A stretch of DNA of 62,029 bases from Thermoproteota archaeon (GCA_029258835.1 JAPDJY010000019.1:1-62029), one strand, 5' to 3'; shown: positions 18,207 through 28,905, counted from the first letter of the stretch. Notes: generated by a model from the letters alone, not told the origin. Program-made: numbers and translations.

Positions 18207-19232
18207 TTGCTGAAGATGGCTGTTACCCTTAAAAGCTTAAATTATATATTCCCCTTTCATCCTTCCTTTCCCCTTATGAAGGTTGAGAATGCAGTCTTGG
18301 AAGCCGAGGAGACTCTTAGGGAGCTTAGATCAGGTCAGATAGCGGTTCACCACGCCCTCCCCCGGTTAAAGCGCCTCAGTCTATCTTATCCTGGTAACGC
18401 ACGCATAGCCAGGATAAGAGCCAAAGCGCTTGTTGCAGCGTTAACTATTCTTGCGTCTAAAGGCAGGCTTGAAGAAGCCGAGAAAGTTTTTGAGGAACTT
18501 TTAGAGGCAACCATCCCCTACAGCAACGTCGGCGTCACCCTGGAGCGCCTTAACGGCGTGGTCACGGCTATAGCTTTACTGGCAAAGGGGGAGAAGACCG
18601 CTACCATCCCAGGTTACCTGTCTATTCTGAGGGAGGCTTACAAGTCAAACCCGGAAATGTTTGACTTCGCATTTTCCCTTGGAGCAGGGCTCTCCAATGC
18701 CATATACCAGTACGCTAAGGCTGGAGCCTGGCATGAGGTTAAGAGGCTTACACTTGAACCGTTAGAGCTGGGACGCATGTGGGAGGGGTCACGTGTGCAG
18801 CTTACGGTCTCCCACGGTCTTTTCAACGCGATCGTTGCAGCTAACCCCGCCAGGCGCCTAGACATTTCAGAACCCCTCCTGTCGGCTTTAATAGAGCAGG
18901 CTTCACGCTACCCTAAGGCAAGGGAAACCCAGCTCCTACTAGCCCAAGCCCTAGCAGACTCGATATACAGCTTCGGCGTGGAGGGGCAGGTAGGTAAGGT
19001 CTCAGAGTTCCTCAAGCTTCTAAAAGGTATTTTCCACGCGTGGAGTGAGGACCCGAAGTTCGCGAAGTCCATGTTGGCAGCTTTCAAACACGCGCTGCTA
19101 GTGCATCATAAACTTAAAATGATGAAGGAGTTTAAGAGGGTTCTAGGCGAGTTTGAATCATTCGCCAGCATAACGGATAACCCTACGGTTAAGAAGGACT
19201 TAGAGCTGTTTAAACGCCTCCTTAAAACATAA
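18207..19232 (+). CDS. Alpha-helical repeat (TPR-like) protein
   Basis: Amphipathic helical repeats with LSNAI/LFNAI/LADSI periodicity; probable start ATG at 18276. Confidence 0.65.
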   Translation: MLKMAVTLKSLNYIFPFHPSFPLMKVENAVLEAEETLRELRSGQIAVHHALPRLKRLSLSYPGNARIARIRAKALVAALTILASKGRLEEAEKVFEELLEATIPYSNVGVTLERLNGVVTAIALLAKGEKTATIPGYLSILREAYKSNPEMFDFAFSLGAGLSNAIYQYAKAGAWHEVKRLTLEPLELGRMWEGSRVQLTVSHGLFNAIVAANPARRLDISEPLLSALIEQASRYPKARETQLLLAQALADSIYSFGVEGQVGKVSEFLKLLKGIFHAWSEDPKFAKSMLAAFKHALLVHHKLKMMKEFKRVLGEFESFASITDNPTVKKDLELFKRLLKT

Positions 19233-19265
19233 ACTACCTAAACTTTAATCTGCGGGGGTGGTTTC

Positions 19266-19484
19266 TTGAAGCAGGGCCGCTCGTGTAGCGTTGAAGGATG
19301 TAATAATCCTGCTGCCAGGTCTTTTCCTCAAAGTGAAATCGCCAAGCTGTCTTCAAAGGTTGGTTTCACCCTGTCGACGACTGGCAGAAGAGTTTACCTC
19401 TGTGAGAAGCACTACAAGCAGGTTAAAAAGGAGTTAAAGAAAAGCAGAAAGCTGGAGAAGCTCAGGCAAGGCCTCCCCTTTTAA
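19266..19484 (+). CDS. Small zinc-binding protein
   Basis: CSVEGC...YLCEKH motif and Lys-rich C-terminus; GGGGTG Shine-Dalgarno upstream. Confidence 0.75.
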   Translation: MKQGRSCSVEGCNNPAARSFPQSEIAKLSSKVGFTLSTTGRRVYLCEKHYKQVKKELKKSRKLEKLRQGLPF

Positions 19485-19726
19485 CCCAAACCAGAGGCGT
19501 CAGGACATGAACACGGGGTTAAAGGGAACTCTTAAAAGTGAAGGTTGAATTGTAAGGTGGCTGATACGCTGAAAGTGCAGCATAACACTGGTCGCTGCTT
19601 CAAGCGGTAGTAACGGGGAGCGACGTGAAAGAAGAAAGGAAGGTAATGCAAAGGTCAAGGTAGGTTTAACTGGCTGTTCACGTGTTGCAGTCGTCTTCAT
19701 ACTACGTATTTTTAGCAGAGTCTTCA

Positions 19727-21289
19727 TTACTCCCATTCGACGGTCGCGGGCGGCTTATTCGTTACATCGTACACTACGCGGTTAACCCCCTTAACCTCAT
19801 TTACGATCCTTGATGCTATTCTTTCCAGTAAGTCCCAATCCAGCTTTGCGAAGTTTGCCGTCATCGCGTCACGGCTCTCAACGGCTCGTATTGCAATCAC
19901 ATACTCGTATGTCCTTGCATCACCCATGACGCCGACGGTTCTGACTGGGAGGAGGACGGCGAAGGCCTGCCATAGCTTATCGTAGATCCCCGCTTTTCTA
20001 ACCTCCTCCTCCACTATGGCGTCAGCCTCCCTAACTATTTCAAGCTTCTCCCCTGTAACCTCGCCTAAAACCCTGACTGCCAGGCTTGGGCCTGGGAAGG
20101 GATGCCTCCAGAGTATCTCACGTGGGATCCCAAGCTTCTCCCCAAGCCTTCTAACCTCGTCCTTGTAGAGGGACGCCAATGGCTCAATAACCTCCAGCTT
20201 CATCTCCTCCGGCAGGGTCACGTTATGATGAGACTTTATTCTGGCAGCTGCACTGCTCGTAGCAGCCGACTCAACCCTGTCCGGGTAAATCGTCCCCTGA
20301 CCTAGAAACCTGAATTTTCCATACTTTGCCTCGAGCTCCCTCGCCTTCTCCTCGAACACCTCTATGAAGGTATGCGCTATAATTCTCCTTTTCTCCTCTG
20401 GATCCACCACGCCCCGCAGCCTTTGAAGGAAGAGTCCTCCTGCGTTCACCACGTGGAAGTTTTTAAACCCAAGCCTTTCACGGAACGTTCTAGTAACCTC
20501 GTCTGCTTCACCCTTCCTGAGTAAACCATTATCCACGAAGACGCAGTGGAGCCTCTCCCCAACGGCTCTGTGGATTATCGTTGCAGCAACCGTTGAGTCC
20601 ACTCCGCCACTAACAGCCATTATAATGTTTCCTCCGCCTTCAACCTTTCTTCTAACCTCGTTAACTGCTTCTTCAATCCAGTTTTCGACCACCCAGCTCG
20701 CCCTGCAGCCGCAAACGCGCAGTGCGAAGTTTTCAAGGATCTTCACTCCCTTAACGGTGTGAGCCACCTCCGGGTGGAACTGCACACCGTATATTTGCTC
20801 CTCCACGTTGGCGTACGCCGCTATGGGCGTGTTCTCCGTTCTACCAATAACTTTAAACCCCTCAGGCAGGCTTAGAACCTGATCTCCATGACTCATCCAA
20901 ACCGTCTCAACAATATCTAACCCGCGAAATATTTCGTCCTCGTCTTCAACGTAAAGAAGCGTCCTTCCATACTCCTTCTTCTCTCCTTTCTCTATTTCCC
21001 CCCCTAAAACGTGGGCTATGAGCTGGTGTCCATAGCATATTCCGAGGACCGGGACTCCCTCCTCCCGGCACCACCGGAAGAAGTCCCTCCCCACCTTCGG
21101 GCTCCCCTCCTCATACACGCTTCTCGGACCACCCGACAGGATCACGCCCTTAACGTTTCTCCTCTTGAACTCATCCACCGGCGCGTTGAAGGGGGCTATC
21201 TCGGAGTAAACGTTCAGCTCCCTTATCCTCCTAGCTATCAGGTGCGTGTACTGTCCTCCGAAGTCGAGAATCAGAATGGTGTCGTGCAA
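19727..21289 (-). CDS. guaA: GMP synthase (glutamine-hydrolysing), fused form
   Basis: ILDFGGQY, LGICYGHQ, QFHPEV, SGGVDS, IKSHHNV, RHPFPGP and KPPATVEWE motifs. Confidence 0.97.
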   Translation of the reverse strand: MHDTILILDFGGQYTHLIARRIRELNVYSEIAPFNAPVDEFKRRNVKGVILSGGPRSVYEEGSPKVGRDFFRWCREEGVPVLGICYGHQLIAHVLGGEIEKGEKKEYGRTLLYVEDEDEIFRGLDIVETVWMSHGDQVLSLPEGFKVIGRTENTPIAAYANVEEQIYGVQFHPEVAHTVKGVKILENFALRVCGCRASWVVENWIEEAVNEVRRKVEGGGNIIMAVSGGVDSTVAATIIHRAVGERLHCVFVDNGLLRKGEADEVTRTFRERLGFKNFHVVNAGGLFLQRLRGVVDPEEKRRIIAHTFIEVFEEKARELEAKYGKFRFLGQGTIYPDRVESAATSSAAARIKSHHNVTLPEEMKLEVIEPLASLYKDEVRRLGEKLGIPREILWRHPFPGPSLAVRVLGEVTGEKLEIVREADAIVEEEVRKAGIYDKLWQAFAVLLPVRTVGVMGDARTYEYVIAIRAVESRDAMTANFAKLDWDLLERIASRIVNEVKGVNRVVYDVTNKPPATVEWE

Positions 21290-21298
21290 GCCCTCCTC

Positions 21299-21955
21299 TC
21301 ACCTCAGCTTCGTAATTATCATTCTGAGTATCTCGGCTGCGTCCTCGGACCTGTCGGCCACCCCCTCAACCCCCTCTATTATCCTTGAAACACCTATGGC
21401 AACGGGCATGGGGACAGCCTTGCAATCCTTGCTTTCAAGCTGCCTCCTGAGCCTGAGGTGGTCCTCGTCGACCAAGTACTCCACCCTGTCAACCTCGTCG
21501 ACCATGCCGAGCACGTCCCTACCCTTAACGAACCCGTCAACGGCTTCCCTGAGCACGCTGGCACACCTAACAGCGTTACCCAGCATGGTGAGGAAAGCGC
21601 TTCCCTGCAACACCGCCCTAATATCCTCAACCTTCAAGGCCACAATGTTGCTCACCACGAAGTTTGCGCTTCCAGCCACGTCGTCTATCTTGCTCGTAAG
21701 GTGGACAAGGTTCTCCCTGTCGATTAGCCGTGACTCCCACTCGGATAGCTTGAGGAGCACACTTCTCTGCGCGTCCTTCACTCTCCCCCGAGCCCGGGCG
21801 AACCTAGCTAAGGCTTCGTCAATACTCCCCTCACCAGACACGATGCTTTCGGCAACCTCCTCTAAGATAGAAAGGCATGAAAGCACCTCGTCCACCTGGT
21901 CTCTGATCTTCTCGAGCACAGCCCTCTCACTCTCAGACCACAGGATCCTGCTCAA
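21299..21955 (-). CDS. DUF47/PhoU-like phosphate transport regulator
   Basis: Helical bundle with DRENL...KIDDVA, EYLVDE and EGVADRSEDAA motifs. Confidence 0.8.
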   Translation of the reverse strand: MSRILWSESERAVLEKIRDQVDEVLSCLSILEEVAESIVSGEGSIDEALARFARARGRVKDAQRSVLLKLSEWESRLIDRENLVHLTSKIDDVAGSANFVVSNIVALKVEDIRAVLQGSAFLTMLGNAVRCASVLREAVDGFVKGRDVLGMVDEVDRVEYLVDEDHLRLRRQLESKDCKAVPMPVAIGVSRIIEGVEGVADRSEDAAEILRMIITKLR

Positions 21956-22058
21956 CTAGGCTCCCTCAACAGCTTCTTTTAGGAGTGAAATGTAACTACT
22001 GTTTTAAAAACCTTTAGAATTGCGAAAGTATGAAAGCTGGAAGCCCGGGTAAAAGCGG

Positions 22059-22580
22059 TTAGGGCTGGCAGAGGTAAAAGTCTATTTTTTCAAGTACCTC
22101 CCCTACGTCCCTAACATCCAACCCTACCTGAATGGTCTTGACGCCTGGGCATCGGCTCCGCACGTCCTCTATGTTGAAGGGCGAGTCGTCTAAAAACAGC
22201 ACCTCGTCAAAGCTCACCTCAAAGCCCAGCCTGCTCCTAACCAGCTCCACAACCTTCCTCACGTTCTCAGACTTCCTCCGCCAGTTAACCTGCGGAAAAG
22301 CGAAGTATCTGTCTATCCCGAAAGCTTCAAGGAGTAACCTAACCTTGTTAGGCTCCTCATCGTTGGCGCTTACGAGGGAAACGATGACCCCCCTACGCCT
22401 AAGCTCCTCTAGCAGCTCCCTAACCCCGCTAAAAAGCCTAACCCTTACACCGTAAGCGTCCACGACAAGGTCGTCGCCAACCCTTCTGAGAGGCAAAACC
22501 AAGGTGCTAGCATATCCCTCACTAACACTCCACAGGGTTTCGTCAGCGTCAAAAATAACAAGCTTAATCACAAAGCCCAC
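22059..22580 (-). CDS. HAD phosphatase, magnesium-dependent phosphatase-1 like
   Basis: LVIFDADETLW, VSAN, K and FLDD HAD motifs. Confidence 0.88.
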   Translation of the reverse strand: MGFVIKLVIFDADETLWSVSEGYASTLVLPLRRVGDDLVVDAYGVRVRLFSGVRELLEELRRRGVIVSLVSANDEEPNKVRLLLEAFGIDRYFAFPQVNWRRKSENVRKVVELVRSRLGFEVSFDEVLFLDDSPFNIEDVRSRCPGVKTIQVGLDVRDVGEVLEKIDFYLCQP

Positions 22581-22721
22581 CCAGAAAAGCTAGAGGCAGC
22601 CATCTTAAAAAACTTAATCTGTAAGGTGATGCCGGCCGCACCCGGCACCCCTTCAATTGACATTAACATTAGAGGCATGACCGCGGTCAGCCCTCAACCT
22701 TCCAAGCCCACTTTAACTTGG

Positions 22722-23015
22722 TTAATTATTTTTACTTGGCTTCCTGCGCTTTCCACCATTTCCCCTTTCAGCTTTCCTGGCAACTTCGATCTCGGTTAAA
22801 CAGTAAACGTTGAGGAACTTAACATTCAACCTTACGGATAAGCCGCCATTAAACCCTTGCACGTGCCTCAGGGCGTCCTTCCAAGCTCTTTTAACCTCCT
22901 CCTCGCTGGTTAACCCGTACTTGGCTAGCTCCTTCCTTAATGCTAAAGCTTTAACCCTAACTACCCCCTTATCGATGTCCTTCACCACGCTCCAGATGCC
23001 GTCCCTCGGCTGCAT
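22722..23015 (-). CDS. Hypothetical protein
   Basis: 97-aa ORF with GGGGTG Shine-Dalgarno; no recognised motif. Confidence 0.5.
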   Translation of the reverse strand: MQPRDGIWSVVKDIDKGVVRVKALALRKELAKYGLTSEEEVKRAWKDALRHVQGFNGGLSVRLNVKFLNVYCLTEIEVARKAERGNGGKRRKPSKNN

Positions 23016-23265
23016 CCCTACACCCCCAATCCTTCAAGTTACAGATATTGTTTATCTATTATTAATCTTATGGTGAAATTGTTGTTTCCGCAAGAAAATA
23101 GAACTTAAAAATCGTTTCCTCAGCTACTTTCTTGAGAAGTTCTCAATAGAAAGGCGTAAGTAGGCATGTTCACGTCAACAACTACGGGTAAACCACCATG
23201 CACTAACGTTAAAAATGTAAAATCTTATTTTACTTGGAGATGTAGGTTTAGAGCGGTGAACGCCC

Positions 23266-24435
23266 TTGAAGCTGGCCGGAAGGATGGAGAAAATTCCTCC
23301 CTCAGGGACAATCCACATGCTTGAGGTAGCCCGAAGCTTGGAGAGAGAGGGACGCCGCGTCATACACTTGGAGGTTGGGGAGCCCGACTTCGACACTCCA
23401 ATCCACATTAAAGCAGCCGCCCTCAAGGCGCTCGAGGAAGGGTTCGTCAAGTACACCGAGAGTAAGGGGATACGTGAGCTGAGGGAGGCGATAGCCGCCA
23501 GGACAGGGGAGAAGGCAGGGTGTAACGTTGACCCCGACGAGGTCATAGTCACCCCGGGAGCTAAACACGCCATCTTCTGCGCCGCTCTAGCCCTGATCGA
23601 ACCTGGAGACGAGGTCATAGTTCCCTCACCCACATGGCCAACTTACAGGGTCATCGTGAGGGCAGCCGAGGGGAAACCGGTAGACGTCCTCTTCGGCCAG
23701 GAGTACTCGCTGGACGAGGAAGCCCTGAAGGAGGCGATAACCCCAAAAACAAAAATGGTCGTTTTAAACTCCCCAAACAACCCGACGGGCGGCGTCCTAG
23801 AGAAAAACGAGTTAAAGGCAATCGTCGACTTAGCCCTCGACCACGGCTTCTACATTTTGTCAGATGAAATCTACGACTCCTTAACGTACGACGGGTTCAA
23901 CCAAGAGAGCATTCTCAGCTTCGAGGAGGCAAGGGACTTCTCAGTCCTCATCCACGGATTCTCCAAAACGTACGCTATGACCGGGTGGCGTGTCGGCTAC
24001 GCCATAGCCCCCAGAGAACTAGTCAACGCCATGGCTAGGATCCAGCAGAACTCCACGACGTGCGCTGCAAGCTTCGCCCAGAGGGCTGCGCTGGAAGCCC
24101 TCAGGGGTCCACAGGACTGCGTCGAAGAAATGAGGAGAGAGTATGACCGCCGCCGGAGAACCCTAGTTAAGGCGTTGAACGAGGTAGAGGGAGTGCGCTG
24201 CCCTACGCCTAAGGGTGCATTCTACGTTTTCCCGGACCTATCAGAGTACGTTAAGGACAGCGTATCCTTCACCGAGAGGCTTCTGAGGGAGAAGGGTGTA
24301 TGCGTCACCCCCGGCAGGGTGTTCGGCATGGGGGGCGAGGGACACGTCAGGATAAGCTACGCGTCGTCCCTAGAAGACATAGTTGAGGGAGCCCGAAGGA
24401 TAGGGGAGCTTCTCTCGGAAATTAGGGGAGGGTAG
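23266..24435 (+). CDS. aspC: Class I PLP-dependent (aspartate/aromatic) aminotransferase
   Basis: VGEPDFDTP, NSPNNPTG, SDEIY, GFSKTYAMTGWRVG and RISYA motifs. Confidence 0.93.
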   Translation: MKLAGRMEKIPPSGTIHMLEVARSLEREGRRVIHLEVGEPDFDTPIHIKAAALKALEEGFVKYTESKGIRELREAIAARTGEKAGCNVDPDEVIVTPGAKHAIFCAALALIEPGDEVIVPSPTWPTYRVIVRAAEGKPVDVLFGQEYSLDEEALKEAITPKTKMVVLNSPNNPTGGVLEKNELKAIVDLALDHGFYILSDEIYDSLTYDGFNQESILSFEEARDFSVLIHGFSKTYAMTGWRVGYAIAPRELVNAMARIQQNSTTCAASFAQRAALEALRGPQDCVEEMRREYDRRRRTLVKALNEVEGVRCPTPKGAFYVFPDLSEYVKDSVSFTERLLREKGVCVTPGRVFGMGGEGHVRISYASSLEDIVEGARRIGELLSEIRGG

Positions 24436-24439
24436 CCTT

Positions 24440-25273
24440 ATGGATAGGTTACGGTTTGGCCCCGCTGGAATCCCCCTAGCGCTCAAGAAGAACAGAACCA
24501 CCTATGAGGGGGTAAGGATGGTGGCTGAGCTCGGACTAGACGCCATGGAGATAGAGTTCGTGTATGGTGTCAGGATGTCCGTTGACGCCGCCGCAGGCGT
24601 TAGGCGGGTTGCCGAGGAGAAGGATGTCGCCTTAACCGCCCATGGGCCATACTACATAAACTTGAACTCTAGGGAGAAGGAGAAGGTGGAGGCTAGCGTG
24701 AAGAGGATACTTGACACGGCGAGGGTGGCCTACGCCGCCGGGGCATCCTCCATAACGTTCCATGCAGCCACCTACATGAGGGATCCCCCAGAGAAGGTTT
24801 ACGACCGGGTGAAGGCATGCCTTGAAAGGATAGTTAAAACCCTTAAGGATGAGGATGTGAGCGTGTGGGTGAGGCCTGAGACCACCGGTAAGGGGTCACA
24901 GTTTGGAAGCCTCCAAGAGCTGGTTCAGCTCAGCAAGGAAGTGGAGATGGTTCTGCCATGCGTCGACTTCGCCCACATCCACGCTAGGACCGGTGGCAAG
25001 TACAATTCCCGGGAGGAGTTCTCCGAGATCCTATCCTACCTTGAGAGCGAGCTGGGACGGGAGTGCCTCGACAACATGCACATCCACGTCTCAGGGATAG
25101 AGTACACGGGGAAGGGAGAGAAAAACCACGTTAACCTGGAAGAGTCGGACATGAGGTACGTTGAGCTAGTTGAAGTATGGAAAGAGTTTAACGTTAAAGG
25201 CGTGGTGATATCGGAGAGCCCAAACCTAGAGGGCGACGCCCTCCTCCTCAAAAAAATCTACCGTGAACGCTAG
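24440..25273 (+). CDS. nfo: Endonuclease IV family (AP endonuclease 2), archaeal type
   Basis: HGPYYINL, PETTGK, CVDFAHIHAR, HIHVSG and ISESPNLE motifs. Confidence 0.9.
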   Translation: MDRLRFGPAGIPLALKKNRTTYEGVRMVAELGLDAMEIEFVYGVRMSVDAAAGVRRVAEEKDVALTAHGPYYINLNSREKEKVEASVKRILDTARVAYAAGASSITFHAATYMRDPPEKVYDRVKACLERIVKTLKDEDVSVWVRPETTGKGSQFGSLQELVQLSKEVEMVLPCVDFAHIHARTGGKYNSREEFSEILSYLESELGRECLDNMHIHVSGIEYTGKGEKNHVNLEESDMRYVELVEVWKEFNVKGVVISESPNLEGDALLLKKIYRER

Positions 25274-25424
25274 CAAAATAAGGCTCAACATCCTCCGGGA
25301 TGAAGGAGTAAACGCTGAAGAATGGCTTCCTCCCGCTTGGGAGGCCACTTTAAAGCCCTTCCGGGTCAAGCGCTTACGCAGCATCCTGCTGTGAGCCGCC
25401 CCCCATCCGTGCCGCAAGGCTTCG

Positions 25425-26636
25425 TCAGATCCCCCCAACCAACATCAGGGAAAACACGAACGACTGTATCAGAATTATCGAGAAGCCCTCGTAGATGTCT
25501 ATTTTCCCGTCGTCGGTTATCGCCCGCGCTAGGAGCCATATTGCTCCGGCCGCGACGGCGAACTGAAACAGGGTGTAAAGGTTTATGGGTATGGGAACGA
25601 ACACCCCTATCCCCCCTATTATCATGAGGATGCTTTGGAGGGATCCCCCAAGGAGGTTTCCAAGAGAGATCTCTATTTCACCCCTCCTCGCTGAGACCAG
25701 TGCTATGCCGTGCTCTGGCACAGCCCCCGCTGCGCCCAGGAAGAAGGATACGAGTAGGATCGGCTCGCCAATCGACGAGAGTGGAAGAGCCTTCATGGCG
25801 ACCTCGACCCCTGAAGTTAGGATTTCCCCTCCAAGAAATATCCCCGTGAACCCCGCAACGGCCATGACCACCGACTCCCTTCTAGACAGTTCCGCCTCCC
25901 CCTCGGCCGCACCTTTCCTCCCTTCCCTCTTAAACATGAAAATTATGTATGCTATGTATGACGCCAGCATTACTCCGCATGCAACCCGTGGAAGCTCCAA
26001 GCTCTCCATACTGTGAAAATGGTAGAAGAGGAAGAATGCTTCGTAGGCGCTGACACCAGCCTCCCCCGTCACGTACATCCTTATCATAACCTCCGTCTGC
26101 AGCCTCAGCAGCTCTATCGACTCTAGCAGTATCTTACCTACACCCAGAGCGAATATTGACAGTAGCGCTACCACACTCCACCTCATGAGCTCTACGTCGT
26201 CGCGCAAAACCTCGTATGGGACCTCAACGCTTCCCCCCTTCTGCCTGACGGCTACCACTGCCACCACCCCTAGGAGGAGTATGCAGAACCCGCATGCTGC
26301 GAGCACGCTTATGACCGCCACGTCCAAGAGCTCCACGTCCCCCGTAACCACCCCCCTGTAAGCCGTCAACCCTCCTATAACCAGTTCAGGGGTGTTACTG
26401 GCTAGGCTTGAAAGAACCCCTGCAGCGTAGGCGCCGATGCCAAGGTACTTCGACCCCGAGCTGAGCCCCTCAATAGCCCACTCGCTTGGCCTAAAGGCAA
26501 GCCACGTACCAACCACGAAGGATAAGGCGACAAAAACCAGCGTGTTAACGGCGAAGAAGCGGAAGTAAACGTACATCACAAGCAGCACCACAACGGCTAA
26601 AGCCTCCTTTTCACCAACTCTCCATTTTCCACCCAT
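25425..26636 (-). CDS. Sodium/calcium exchanger (CaCA) family membrane protein
   Basis: Two alpha-repeats (SLASNTPE and AAGAVPEH...GNLLGGS) and about 10 TM helices; start taken at ATG 26636. Confidence 0.85.
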   Translation of the reverse strand: MGGKWRVGEKEALAVVVLLVMYVYFRFFAVNTLVFVALSFVVGTWLAFRPSEWAIEGLSSGSKYLGIGAYAAGVLSSLASNTPELVIGGLTAYRGVVTGDVELLDVAVISVLAACGFCILLLGVVAVVAVRQKGGSVEVPYEVLRDDVELMRWSVVALLSIFALGVGKILLESIELLRLQTEVMIRMYVTGEAGVSAYEAFFLFYHFHSMESLELPRVACGVMLASYIAYIIFMFKREGRKGAAEGEAELSRRESVVMAVAGFTGIFLGGEILTSGVEVAMKALPLSSIGEPILLVSFFLGAAGAVPEHGIALVSARRGEIEISLGNLLGGSLQSILMIIGGIGVFVPIPINLYTLFQFAVAAGAIWLLARAITDDGKIDIYEGFSIILIQSFVFSLMLVGGI

Positions 26637-26791
26637 GGAAACCCCCTCGAAGCACGCCGGAAACACATAACCCTACAATTAACCATAAATGTCTTTTCCT
26701 AATGGCACCTTCTAAGAAACCCCCAAACAACGTCTGTTAACCTTTCACCCCCTTGTTTCGTCTTCGGCAGCCTTCCAGCCGTCATTTACAC

Positions 26792-27487
26792 TTACTTTTG
26801 GAGCAATCTGCTTATTACAAATTCTTTAACATGGGTGAAAGGGGGGAGCTTCCTGGTGACAAACAGGGCTAACGTGTCCCAGTCCTCTTTTTTCTCATCA
26901 ATTTTCTTTTCAAGTTCACTTGGGTTGCCGCATTTTAGGGTGACGCCGTAGTTTTTCAAGAGAATGTAAAGGTCGAATAAGTCTCTCGCTTTGTTCCTGC
27001 TCATAACCGCCTCCAGCTTTTCTCGTGCCATCTCGTCTGGAGGCAGCGTTTTAACGTCAAAGACTGGTATATCAGGGTATGGGGAATTGAATGGTAGAGT
27101 AATTCCATCCCTTCCCCTAAACACTGATTCAATGGAGATCTCTGAAGTCTTAAACGTTTCAGCAGAAGCTTTAACTTTCACATAGTAGGCGTTTGAAGTT
27201 ATCTTTTCCTTTACAATATCCACGTTAAACCCCCATAGCATGAGGTACTCGGCGAGCTCCCCTCCAAAAATAGTTTTTTTATCGAACTCTAAGTCTAAGT
27301 CCTCGCTAAACCTTTCACCCTTCATAAGCTTCCAGATAGCGGTTCCACCCTTAAACAAGATCCCTGGAGATATCTGCGTGTACAGAATGAAAAGGATTAC
27401 GTCCTGCAGATAATCCAGCCTGACCAACTCCATGTTTTTCAGCCTTCGCTTGAAAGCATGCCTCCTTATATCATCCATCGTTAGCAT
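26792..27487 (-). CDS. abiEii: AbiEii-family nucleotidyltransferase toxin (type IV TA)
   Basis: FKGGTAI, RFSEDLD and EKLEA...RNKARDLFDL motifs. Confidence 0.92.
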   Translation of the reverse strand: MLTMDDIRRHAFKRRLKNMELVRLDYLQDVILFILYTQISPGILFKGGTAIWKLMKGERFSEDLDLEFDKKTIFGGELAEYLMLWGFNVDIVKEKITSNAYYVKVKASAETFKTSEISIESVFRGRDGITLPFNSPYPDIPVFDVKTLPPDEMAREKLEAVMSRNKARDLFDLYILLKNYGVTLKCGNPSELEKKIDEKKEDWDTLALFVTRKLPPFTHVKEFVISRLLQK

Positions 27488-28059
27488 TCCATCACCTCCA
27501 GAACCCTTCTCGAGACGCTCTTCTTCCCAACCACCTCCAAGTATTCCTTGAGGGTTCGACTGTTAAACTTCGAGCAGTCTATTTCAAGCCCCCTGACAGA
27601 GTACCCGAAGTAGTAGATGTCGATCAGCGCCTTCTCAGGCTTAGCAACGGGCACCTGGAAGCCTTCATACCAAACGTACTCGAACCCGAAGAACAGCCTC
27701 CTCTTAATCCTAAAGAATTCTATCTTTGTATCGTTATATGTAGCAACCTTGTTCTTCCGCTTTCTAGTTGTTACGACTTGGACGCCCATTGGCATCTGGG
27801 ATATTGCCCCCCTAATTAGAAGCGCGGAAAACATCGAAACATACGATGGGAAGGTGAGGAATGGGGCTACGAGTAAGGGGTCCTCGGTCACAGCATACTT
27901 ACCCCTCTCCACAATCTTTATTCTTCCCTTTTCCTTCAGTAGGTTTGCGAGGCGCCTCACATAGCTCCTCGGAACGCCTCTGATCACGAGATCCTTAGCT
28001 GTGAAAACAGGCATCCTCATGACTTCATCTAGGACTGACGCGTACTTCACAATTGGCAT
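27481..28059 (-). CDS. abiEi: AbiEi-family antitoxin/transcriptional regulator
   Basis: N-terminal wHTH (VERGKY), PSYVSMFSAL and AKPEKALID motifs; overlaps abiEii. Confidence 0.9.
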   Translation of the reverse strand: MPIVKYASVLDEVMRMPVFTAKDLVIRGVPRSYVRRLANLLKEKGRIKIVERGKYAVTEDPLLVAPFLTFPSYVSMFSALLIRGAISQMPMGVQVVTTRKRKNKVATYNDTKIEFFRIKRRLFFGFEYVWYEGFQVPVAKPEKALIDIYYFGYSVRGLEIDCSKFNSRTLKEYLEVVGKKSVSRRVLEVMEC

Positions 28060-28073
28060 TTTATTCCACCAAC

Positions 28074-28091
28074 GTTACAATCTTTTGTAAC
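28074..28091. promoter_or_regulatory. Inverted repeat GTTACAA-N4-TTGTAAC, probable AbiEi operator
   Basis: Perfect 7-bp inverted repeat 15 nt upstream of abiEi, between the TATA-like box and the start codon. Confidence 0.6.
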
Positions 28092-28215
28092 CTTAATTAC
28101 TTAAAATTTTTCGGCGGCGCATCAAAAACACGGAGAGTTAAACGGTCAAAACTCGCCGTCAGCACCCAGCAATCAAACACCACCTAATTAAGTACTAAAC
28201 CGTGAGAAACCTTCA

Positions 28216-28905
28216 TTAGAACCCTTCTTCGCACCCCCAACTATGCCGGGTAGACATCGTCCCCCTTTCCTTCTTAACCCCGTAGATTAGGTGGATGGTG
28301 GAGTGCTGCCTGCTCCCTTCAGCTGAAACACTCCCACTTCTAACCTCTAAAACCAGTTTTTCCTCCAATATATCATAGAACCTTGCTAGTATTTCTCTTA
28401 TCTCGCCCGGTTTATGCTTCATCCTCTCAAAGTACGTTTTGCCTCTGGCAACCTTAGACTTGAAGTATTCCGAATCAGGGTTAAGAGCTAACACGATGAT
28501 TTTCCCATTGCTTTTGCTTATTCTAGCCGCCTCCCGGATTGCTCTGAACGGTTCGTCGACGAACTCTACGGCTGTAACGGAGAAGACGGCGTCGAAGACC
28601 CCGCTCCTAAAACACATCGCCTCCCCATCTGCCAGCACGAAGTCCCTCTTCCCCTCCTCCACCCTATTTTTCTCAGCCGCCTTTCCTAAGGCATGCTTAG
28701 ACAGGTCTAGCCCGACGACTCTCCCCTTAACCTTCCACTCGAAAACGCCTATGCCGCATCCCAGATCGAGAACCAAATCCCCCTCATCAATGTACATGTT
28801 CACGAGCCCGGCCTCAGCCTCCAGCACCCTCCTCCCAAGGTCTCCCTCATAGTACCTCACAAACCTTTCAACATCCTCCGCCAGCATCACGCTAATCAAC
28901 CCCAC
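28216..28905 (-). CDS. Class I SAM-dependent methyltransferase
   Basis: VLDLGCGIG, GLDLS and FDAVFS motifs. Confidence 0.88.
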   Translation of the reverse strand: MGLISVMLAEDVERFVRYYEGDLGRRVLEAEAGLVNMYIDEGDLVLDLGCGIGVFEWKVKGRVVGLDLSKHALGKAAEKNRVEEGKRDFVLADGEAMCFRSGVFDAVFSVTAVEFVDEPFRAIREAARISKSNGKIIVLALNPDSEYFKSKVARGKTYFERMKHKPGEIREILARFYDILEEKLVLEVRSGSVSAEGSRQHSTIHLIYGVKKERGTMSTRHSWGCEEGF

